From positions 6,169-70,168 of IMG/VR virus record IMGVR_UViG_3300020469_000038: DNA of 64,000 nucleotides, one strand, 5' to 3'. Each line of letters starts with the position of its first letter. Position 1 is the stretch's first letter. This DNA comes from a virus. This document shows, piece by piece, positions 18,654 to 30,600 of this stretch. The position numbers were made by a program, and so were the translations under genes. The notes beneath the pieces were generated by a model. That model saw only the letters and a list, made by a program, of their open reading frames with translations. It was not told the origin of the DNA and did no database searches.

Positions 18654-21600
18654 TGGCAGATAAAAAAGTTTTTCCTAACAGTAATATTCCAATCAGAAAA
18701 ACTTCCGAGTTTTTACCTGATATCTTTAAAACTGAGGCTAATGATAAATTTTTAGCAGGAGTATTTGACCCGTTAATACAACCGGGTGCAACTGACAAAC
18801 TAGTTGGTTACATTGGTCGTAGATATGGTAAAACATATAACAGTAAAGACATTTATCTCGATGATGATGATACTCTACGCAGTAGATATCAACTAGAACC
18901 TGGTGTTACAATTGAAAAAGATCGTAAGGTAGAAAACTTTCACGATTATATTGATTTAAAAAATATACTTAATTTCTTTGGCAACTATAATGAGCGTGAT
19001 GATATTATCAACAAGCAAGAACATTATAGTTGGAACCCTGCAATTGACTGGGATAAATTTACAAACTACAGAGAGTATTTTTGGGCACCACAAGGACCAC
19101 CGTCAGTTCCAGTATATGGACAAAGCAGTGCAGTTACTTCTACATACAAAGTAACAACAAGTGTTGGTAGCAGTTGGATATTCACACCAGACGGTGCAAC
19201 AAACAATCCTAACGTTGTTTTGTACAGAGGTCAAACATATAGATTTGAAGTAAACAGTCCTACAGAAGGATTTGTTATTAGAACAAATTATGACACAGGT
19301 AGTTTAATTTACAATCCGCAAATCACTTACTTTGTAGGTGACTATGCAATTTTTGATGATAAGTTATGGCGTGCTAAAGTTGATGTATCGCCAGCAGACG
19401 GAAGTACTATTTCAGTTGATTCCCAAGATTGGGAATTAGTAGATAATAATGCAGTGCTTGACTCACTAACATACGGTGGCGGCATTGTTAACAATGGTGC
19501 TAAACGAGGTGTTATTGAATTTAAGGTTCCACAAGATGCCCCTGATATTTTGTATTACCAAAGTGATACTGATCCTAACAGACTTGGACAATTCATTATT
19601 GGCAACATCGAAGATGCAACATTCATTGATCCAGAGTTAGAAATTGTAGGTAAAAAAGATTATGTAAGTTCTAACGGTGTGCAACTATCAAATGGCCTTG
19701 TAATTGAATTCAGAGGACAAGTTGCTCAAGAAAAATATGCAACAGGTACTTGGTTGGTTGAAGGTGTTGGTAAAGAAATTTCACTTACAGCATTTACAGA
19801 TCTTATTGCGCCACCAGTAACTAGTAATGTTCCTGAGATACTTTTTGATAATGAAGGATTTGATAGTCAACCATACGATGATGCTACACAGTTTCCTGGT
19901 AGTAAAGACTACATTACAATTAACCGTACAAGTAGAGATTTAAATCCTTGGAGTAGATACAATAGATGGTTCCATAGAAGTGTTTTAGAATATGCACACA
20001 CTCAAAGAGGTGTAGACTTCGAAGCAACAGAAGAGACTAGAGCAAAACGTCCTATTATTGAATTCCATCCTAACATTCAATTGTTTAATCACGGTGGTGT
20101 AAGTAAAGCAACTGTTGACTACATTGATGACTTTACAACTGATATCTTTTCTAAGATTGAAGGTAGTACAGGTTACAGTGTAGACGGAGAGTTTTTATTC
20201 GAAGGTGCAAGAGTACTTGTAACTTCTGATACAGATAATTTAGCAAATAACAAAATTTACGAAGTAAAGTTTATTGTACACAACGGACGTAAACAACTTA
20301 CTCTAAAAGAAACATTAGATACAAATAGTGTTGAAAATGAATGTGTGCTTGTAAGACGTGGTAGCGTTAACGCTGGCAAAATGTTTCATTATAATGGATA
20401 CAAATGGGTAGCAAGTCAACCTAAAACTTCTGTAAACCAATATCCGCTGTTTGATCTTTATGACGAACAAGGTTATAGTTTTGGTGATGCTACAGTTTAT
20501 CCAGTAACTTCATTCACAGGTACTCCAATTTTAAGTTACGCTCAAGGAACTGGTAGAACAGATACTGAACTAGGATTTAAAATTAAATATCAAAACATTA
20601 ATAATGTTGGCGATATTACATTTGATTTTAACCTAGACAAAGATTCATTCCAATACACACAATTACAGTCTACAGTTACAGTACCAATTAACAAAGGTTA
20701 TCTTAAGATTGAAGGTGCGTATGACAATGGTTGGACAAAAACTGATGATGCTTACTTACAGCCAATTGTTAACACAGTCAAGATTACAGAAGACGATGTT
20801 TCAATACTTGACTGGTCAAACACTATTGACTGGGGCATAGTAACAGATAAATTAAAAGTTGTTTTTTATAAAAATGGACTTAAATTTAATGATACGTTTA
20901 CAAGAACTGGTGCAACGTTTACCTTTGAAACTAAGTTTGCAGCAGGCGATATTGTAACAATTAAAATTATTGATGATGTAGTTCCTGTAACAGGATACTA
21001 TGAATTTCCTGCAGGACTAGAAAAGAATCCACTTAACACACAGGTTAAGGAATTCACACTCGGACAAGCAACTGATCATTTAACAACTTCATTAGAATTT
21101 AATGACGAGTTTGAAGGTGTAATACCTGGAGTTTCAAATCTAAGAGATTTGTCAGGATTTCAAAAGTTTACAAAAAGATTTTTAAAACACAGTGGTGTTG
21201 CAGCAGCAGCAGTTACATTGCTTAATGATAAAAATTATAACTTAATTAAATCAATTCAATATTCTAAAAAAGCATATAGTGTTTTTAAAGATAACTTTAT
21301 TAAGAAAGCAAGCGAAATAGATTTTGAAGACGTACCAGCAGACTTTGTAGATAACATTATCGACGAATTAACTAGAACTAAAAGTGTAGCAAGTCCTTTT
21401 GCTGACACAGATGTAATTGGTTCTGGTGCGTTTACAAGTATTGATTACGAAGTTGATGATGTAGGTATTACTACATTTGCATTATCTACAGCATTTGATA
21501 TTAATGCACTTAATAGAAAAGCAGTATACGTTTATATTAACAACAGACAGTTATTACTAAACAGCGAATATACAGTTGACTCGGCATTCGCATTTGTTAG

Positions 21601-24600
21601 AATTAGCAAAGCATTAGTGCGTGGCGATCAAATACAAATTAGAGAATATGTATCAACATCATTTAGTTACATACCACCTACACCAACTTCATTAGGAATA
21701 TACAAAAAATATACACCTAAAAAGTTTTTAGACGATACTTACTTAGAGCCAAGAGAAGTAATCCAAGGACACGACGGAAGCATCACACAAGCATACGGAG
21801 ACTTCCGAGATGATCTTATCCTTGAACTTGAATATAGAATTTATAACAATATAAAAAATAACTATGATGAAAAAGTTTTTGATATCGATAGCGTTATCGG
21901 AAGTTACTATTATAGAACAGACTTTACAAAATCTAACATAGATGATATTGTTAACCAAGAATTTTTAAAGTGGGTAGCAGATACAAATCTAGGATACACA
22001 TTAAACACTTTCTTTGATAGTGAAACTCCATTTACATACACTTACAATCAAATGGCAAGTCCAGATGGTAAAGAAGACTTACCAGGTTGGTGGAGAGGTG
22101 TATACAAATATTATTACGACACTGACCGCCCTCATTCTCATCCTTGGGAATGTTTAGGATTTACTGAAAAGCCAACTTGGTGGGATAGTGAGTATGGTGA
22201 AGCACCATATACAAATGGTAACTTACTGCTATGGGAAGATATTAGAGATGGTAAAATTGTTCAAGGTGACAAAGCAGGAATATATCCACGCTATGCTAGG
22301 ACAACAATTATATCACATATTCCATCGGATGCTGACGGAAACCTTGTTGATCCGTTAACAAGCGGATTAGCACAAAACTTTGTGTTGTTTAACAACGCAG
22401 GAAGTTTTAAAATTGGTGACATAGGACCTGTAGAATATGCTTGGCGTTCTAGTTCAGAATTTCCGTTTGCGATTGCAATGGCAATGTGTTTACTTAAACC
22501 GTTTGAATTTATTACAAGCAACTTTGATAGAGCACAAACAAAGCGTAATCTGTCAAATCAAATTGTAGATAAAACAACAGAAACATTTATTACACCAGCA
22601 GACTTACAATTACCTGTTGCTGGTGGACAACAAACTAGCGGTCTTGCAAACTATATTAGTTGCTATGTTAAAAGTAGAGGACTTGATGTAGCAGATGTAC
22701 AAGAAGATATTACACACATTAATGTAAGACTTTCTTCAAGACTTAGCGGCTTTGTTGATCAAGATCAACAGCGATATTCAGTAGATAGTAAAAATCCTAA
22801 GTCGACATCAAGTAATGCGCTAATACCAAATGAAAACTTTAACATTATATTTGATGTAAGTTCTCCAATTGCAACATTAACATACAGTGGTATGATTTTT
22901 GAAAAAACTGCAAACGGTTGGACAGTATCAGGTTACGATGATGTAAAACCTTATTTTGAATATTACCAAGTTGTTCCTAACCAGAAAGATCCTGTAATTA
23001 GTATAGGCGGGTTGAGTGAAGCATTTACTTTATGGGAACCTAGCAAGTTATATCCTAATGGTAGCATTGTTGAAAACAGAGGTGTATATTACAGAGCAAA
23101 AGAAACTCATACAGCAGAAGATAAGTTTGATGAATTGTTTTGGACTAAATTACCTGCACTTCCTATAACAGGAGCAACTACAGCACAAAGACGTAGAAAC
23201 TTTAACACAACAGCAATTAAAAGATTATCGTATGGTGAGCAATTTACTACAATACAATCAGTTGCAGACTTTATTATTGGACACCAAGAATATCTAAAAG
23301 CAGCAGGGTTTGTGTTTGATAATTATGACGGTACAACACAATCAGTTCAAGACTGGGCAACTGCATTAAAAGAATTTATGTTCTGGACACAGCACAACTG
23401 GTCTCAAGGATCATTACTAACTGTAAGTCCAGGCGCACAAAAACTTACAATTACTGTGCCAGTTGGCGTTGCAGATAATCTACTAGACGGCTTCTACGAA
23501 TATAATGTATTAGGAAGCGATGGTGTTCCGTTAGACGTTAAGAATATTAATGTTAACAGACAGTTCCAAGAATTTACAATTACAACTTCTGGCACTGAAG
23601 ATGGATTATACTACTTAAAAGTAAATCTTGTTCTTAAAGAACACGTTACAATCTTTGACGACAAAACAGTGTTCAATGATGTTATATTTGACAAGCCAAG
23701 CGGATATAGACAAGAAAGAATTAGATCACAAGGCTTTAGAACAGTTGACTGGGACGGTGATTATACATCGCCAGGATTTATATTTGACAATGTTAATATT
23801 GTTGCGTGGCAACCATTTAGAAATTATAAACTAGGTGACATTGTACAATATAGATCAGTAAACTATACAAGTTTAATTTCACATACTAGTGAACAAGAAT
23901 TTGTACCTAATAACTGGACAGTGCTTGATAGTGATCCACAGAAGCAATTAATACCTAACTTTGATTATAGAATTAATCAAATTGAAGATTACTTTGAAGT
24001 AGATAGCGAAGGACTAGGCAAAAGCCAACGAGATCTTGCTAGACACACTGTAGGATATCAAACAAGAACATATTTAGAATCAATTGCTGAAGATCCAGTT
24101 ACACAGTTTCAATTGTACCAAGGCTTTATTAGAGAAAAAGGAAGTAAAAATCCTATTACAAAAGTTTTCAATAAAGCAACAAATAATAGTAATGGTGTAC
24201 AGTTAGACGAGCAATGGGCATTTAAAGTTGGAACACTTGGCGGCGAAGCACAGTCTTACAATGTTGAATTATCTTTAGACACAGATAAGTTTAGAATTAA
24301 TCCTCAGCCTGTTGTAATAACACCAGAAACAGGAGACTTCTTAGATAGGTATTATAGAGTAAATCAAAGCAACTTTGATTATGCTCCTATTCCTTATACA
24401 GATAATATTAATCCTGTATCAGATACTGTAAAGCCTACACAAACAGCAGGGTATGTTAAACTAGGACAAACAGAATATGTAATTAAACATTTTTCAGATA
24501 TTAGTTCTGAATTAAACGTTAATACAGTTAGTAACAATGAGCATATATGGATTACATTTAGTGGTCCTAGTTGGACTGTTAAACGTATTAATGTAGCATT

Positions 24601-27600
24601 TGAATTACCTATTATTTCAGTAATTCAAGCAGCAACAACAATAACTATTGACTTTGGTAAGCGTCACACATTCGCTGTTGACGAATTTATTGGTATTAAG
24701 AATCTTGATGATATCTCAGGATTTTATCAAATTACAGCAGTTACTAACAATACAATTACATACGAACTGCCACAGAAAGCACCTAATAAAACTTTTAATA
24801 CAACTTCAGCAATATATCCTATATACTTTTCAGATGTTAGGTACAATGATTTTAATGATATAGGCGAAGAAGAAATTGCACTGCTTCAAAATAAATCTAA
24901 ATTATGGATTGATCATAATGGAGAGTTGAAGTGGGAAGTAGTAGAAAAAAATAAAGTTTATACAGATAAACAAATTACTAACTACGGGTTATCAGAACCT
25001 GTTAGGGTTGGAGAGAAAGTTGTTTATAATCCTACACTTAAACAAGTAATTGCAAGTGCAACAGCAGCACCTCGTGTTATGGTATACTTAGAAACAACAC
25101 AAGGACTGTCAATTAAACAAATTTTACAGCCACCAGATGCATTTATTGATGGTAACATCAATTCGTTTGGTTTAGAAATTGCTATCAGTCCTGACAGCAA
25201 ATGGTTAGCAGTTGGCTCGCCTAAAGCAACAGGAATTAGTAGCAATTATAGAGGCGAATATAATCCTTATGTAAGTTACGGTACAAATCAAATTGTACTA
25301 TTTGCAGGAAGATTATATAAATCAAAAGTCGATATTGCACCAGACGGAAGCAGTATCAACATTTACTCACAAGATTGGGAAGAAGTTAAATCAATAGAAG
25401 CGGTTGCATTTGGCTCCAATGACGGTGAAACACAAATGGGTAGTGTTACATTATACGAATGGACACTGAATCAATGGAATTATAGAACAACGTTGCTCAG
25501 CCCACGTTTAGATGCGTTTGAAGAATTTGGACACGCAATAGCGATGAGTAAAACTGCTACCGGTTACGGTATGGCAGTAAGTGCTCCAGGATCTTTACAC
25601 ACTAAAGGTAGGGTATGGTTATACCATTACACTGAAGCAACAGGTTGGGAAACTATTCAAAACACAAATTATGTCGGTGAATATAATCCAGGCGAGATTT
25701 TTTACGAAGGTACAATTACAGATGACGTATTAACTGTAGCATCTACAGGTGATAGTACAGCTCTCGCAGGAAAATTAAAATCCGGAGCCAGTGTTACTGG
25801 CGAAGGCGTATTAGACGGAACATATATTCTGGAACAGCTCGATTGGCCTGTTTCAGATGATGGAACTGTCCATACCGAAAAGGGTGGAGTCGGAACTTAT
25901 AGAGTTTCAAAAAATCATACACCTCCTACTGAAAGTGTTAGAATGCAATCCAACTATTTTTATCCGTCGGGTTCAGTTGTAACATACAATGGAGAGTTTT
26001 GGCAAGCGCAGTATGATACCTATGGGGATGGCAGTACAATTAGTATAGACTCAAATGAGTGGGCCAAACTTGATGCAGTTGCCACTCAAGCATCGCTGCC
26101 GCAGTCAATTGCATTAGAAGATGATGGTTCTAGTTTATTTACTGGATTGCTAACCGACGGACAAGTTAGTGAACTAGTAATGAATGGCACAAGATTCGGC
26201 CAGTCATTGTCAATGAGTTATGATGGTAATGTATTAGTTGTCGGCGCACCCGACGCTGATAATCAGTTCTTCCCCAACTACAAAGGTGTGTGGAGACCAG
26301 ATTATGAATACATTCAAGGTGATGTTGTAAAATATCAAAATGCATTTCACAGACTATCTAACATTGGCCCATCTCAAGTACCGCAAGACAGTACCATAAG
26401 AAGTTATAACGAAGATCCAAGTAACGGTTATCCCTGGGTAGATGCAGGTGATAGTTCTGCAAGCATTACAGGTAAAATGTTTGTTTACAGAAAAAATACC
26501 GCAGGCAACTATGTGTTATCACAAACGGTTGCTGCTAATAATCTTAATGATTATAACGATCTGGATCAAGGACACCCGGATGTAATGGCAGCAGGCGATA
26601 AGTTTGGTTATGCTGTTGCAGTTGATTATTCAGGTAATAACATTGTTGTAAGTAGTCCTCAAGCAGATATTAACTATCAGAATCAAGGTAGTGCATACAT
26701 TTTTGAATACAAAAATGATTCTAGTGTGTTTGAGTATCGTATTGTACAGAAACTTGAAAGTTATGAAAAGTTTCCAAATGAATTCTTTGGACAATCTATA
26801 TGTATTAGTCCTAACACTAGTGTAATTGCAATCGGCGCAAACAATAGTCCGTATGTACAATCTACAATTTTTGATAATTCAGAATCATCATTTGATGAGA
26901 AACGTACTACATTTAAAAACTTTGACGGATTTACAGGTAGTGTTTATGTGTTTGAAAAGAAAGAACACAGTTACTATCTTACAGAAAAACTTGATGCTGA
27001 TTTATCATTGAACGAATCATTTGGTACATCTATAAGTTGTGAAGAAAATGTAGTTGTAGTAGGATCACCAGACTTTATTGAACCAATAAGTGAAGATAAT
27101 AACATTGTGTTTACAGGTACTAAAGTTGGTATGGTAAGAATGTTTAAGAAACCAGATGGTGTAAGTCCGCTTACAGTTATTGCATCGCAACCTCAGCATA
27201 CTGATCTCGAACAAATAAAACGTATTGCACTTTATAAAAAAGATGATGATGTAAAAATACAGGATTTAGAGTTTTTTGATCCTGCAAAATTAAAAATACT
27301 AAACCGCGCTGAAAGAGAACTTACTTATAAAGTACCATTTGATCCAGCAGTTTATACTATCGGAACTGAAAGTGTAACTGTTGATGAGCAGATTGCTTGG
27401 AACAACGGTAAGAATATTGGTAAACTATGGTGGAACATTGCTAATGCTAAATGGATTGATTATGAGCAAGGTGATATTTCATATAGAACATCTAATTGGG
27501 GCGCACAAGCAGTAGGAAGTTCAATTGATATTTACGAATGGGTAGAATCTAAGTTACTACCGAGTGAATGGTCATTAATTGCAGATACTACAGAAGGCCT

Positions 27601-30600
27601 TAACCTTAATGTATCAGGACAGCCACTATATCCGGATGATACAGTAATGGCAGTCAAGACTGTGCTTAACACAAATACAGGCGCAGCAACAGAAACACGT
27701 TATGGATATTGGGTAAGAAACAAAACTACTACACCTAAAGACGTGTTAGGTAGAACAATTAGTGCTTCCACAGTATCTAGTTTAATTGCATCACCAGGAA
27801 CAGTAGGAAATGCAATTATTGCACTCATAGATAAAAACAAATTCTTGTTCTATAATCTTAAAAGCATTGTAAATGCAGATCAAAGCATTTTAAATATTGA
27901 ATATTATGCAGATAAAGATAGAAAAAATGCTGTACATAACGAATACCAACTATTAACAGAAGGTGTTGAGGAAAGTTTACCTACAGATAAGTTAGAAACT
28001 AAATGGCTAGACAGTTTAATTGGATATGACGTCATTGGTAACAGAGTACCAGACACTGCGTTGCCGGCTAAACAAAGATATGGTATTAGTTTCCGTCCAA
28101 GACAAAGTATGTTTGTAAACAAAAGAAAAATTTTACAAATATTAATAGGTAACATTAATACAATTCTTAAAACAAATGCATTTGCAGATACTATTTCTTA
28201 CAACAGATTAGATAGTGTTGACCCAGCACCTAGTGATTTGTTAAAATTGTATGATACTAAAGTTGCATTTTATGATGATCTAGAAACAGTAGGTACAATT
28301 AGAGTTAAAAAAGCAGAATTATCAGTTAATATTATTGATAGTGAAATTAATAGCATAACAATTATTGAACCTGGGTACGGATACAAAGTTGCACCTAACA
28401 TTGAGTTTGAAGGTGACGGCACAGGCGCAATTGCAACTACTACAATTGATTCACAAGGTAGACTCAGTAGTGTGACAGTTGTAGCAAGTGGTAAAAAATA
28501 CGGATATGCTATTGCAAAAGTAAGAAACTTTAGTGTACTTGTTGAAAGCGACAGCACAGCAAATGATTATTGGAGTGTTTACGCTTGGGATGATATAAGA
28601 CAGATATTCTTTAGAAGTAGATCACAAGCATTTGATACTACAAACTACTGGTCAAAAATTGATTGGTGGAAAGAAGGATACGGCGAAACATCTAGAGTTG
28701 TTAAAGAAATTTTAAGTGTGTATCAAGAACCAACACTGTCTCTAAGAGAAGGCGACTTGTTAAGAATTAACGAATACGGTGCTGGCGGTTGGGCAGTATT
28801 TGAAAGACAAGCAGGCGAACCTAATGGTATAATACTTTCTAACTATGTGTTAGTAGGTAGAGAACGAGGTACTATTGAACTTTCAGATACATTATGGAAT
28901 ACAAAAACAAGCGGTATTGGTTTTGATATTGTAGACAGTTTTGATGCAGGGTTATATGACAAAGAAGTTGCTATTGAACTTAGAAATATCTTCAATGCAA
29001 TTAAAGAAGAAATATTTGTAGGCGACTTTGCAGTAGAATGGAATAAACTATTCTTTACAAGTATTAGATATTTGTTTAATGAACAAACTTACGTTGATTG
29101 GGCATTCAAAACAAGTTTCATTAATGCTATACATAATGTTGGAGCATTTAAAACTACTCCTACATACAAGAATGACAGTTTAACTGCATACTTAGATTAT
29201 ATTAATGAGATTAAACCTTATAGAACTACAGTTAAAGAGTTTGTTAGTAAGTACGATCAACTAGAAAACAGTTATACTTCAACAACAGATTTTGACTTGC
29301 CACCAGTTTATAGTGTAGCAGAAGGTAAAATTATTAATGTTGATGAACAGAACGAATTAATTAATACGTATCCTTACAATCAGTGGCGTGATAATAAAGG
29401 CTTTGGTATTACAAGCATAGAACTTAGCAATACAGGCGCAGGTTATACAAGTGTTCCTAGTGTGCTTATTACAGGTAATGGATCAGGTGCCAAAGCAACC
29501 GCTTACATTTCAAATGGCAAAGTTAGCGGTATTGTTGTTAATGAACAAGGTAGTGGTTATACACAAACACCAGTTGTAACTGTTGTAGGTGGTAACGGCA
29601 GCAACATTAGTGATGCAAAAGCAGTTGCAATTTTAGGCAACGGTAAAATTAGAACAAACAATGTTACAGTTAAGTTTGATAGATTATCTAAAGAAGGTAA
29701 ATTTACAAACTTTGATTTTACACAAACATTTACTTCATCAGGCGCAAGCGCAGTATTTGAATTATTATACCCTGCAACTATTAACAAGAACAATATTGAT
29801 ATATTACTAGATGGACAAGTTGTATTAGATGATGAATATACTGTATCATTGTATAAACAGAAAAATGATTTAGAAAATGTATTACGTTGCAGAATTATAT
29901 TCAATACAAATCCTGCAGCAGGAAGCATTATTAAAATTACATATGCTAAGAATGACGAGATACTTGATAGTGTAAACAGAATTACAAAATATTACAATCC
30001 GGGTGTAGGTATGCCAGGCAAAGAACTGCATCAGTTAATGACAGGTATGGACTTTGGCGGTGTACTTGTACAAGGTACAACGTTTGATGTTACAGGTGGC
30101 TGGGACGCTTTACCGTGGTTTACAGATAGTTGGGATAGTGTTGAAGCAGCAGCAGATCACTATGTAGTATGTGATGGTAGTACAGGCTTTATAACATTAC
30201 CATATGCTCCTACAGACGGACAAATTATTAACATTTACTTAAAGCGTGCAGGTGTTGAACGTTTACCAACAATTGATAACTTACAGTATTCAGAAGAAGT
30301 TGCTGAACCGCCAACACACAGAATTGACGATCCTAATTATAACGATGAATGGGATAGTTCTAGTGTTATTAATCCTCACGCTCAAATGCCAACATTTGTA
30401 GGTGATGGTAGTACTAAAGTTATTGAAATAGGCGAATATGTACAAACTAATGATGGTGATATATTAATATTCCGCCCATCAACTTCAGATGGTTCTGTAA
30501 CTATTAATGATCCAAACCTTGTTGATACAAACATATCAGGCGGATCACTATCATACATTCCAGCACCATACGGCGGCGGAGCATATGCTACTGCTACAGG

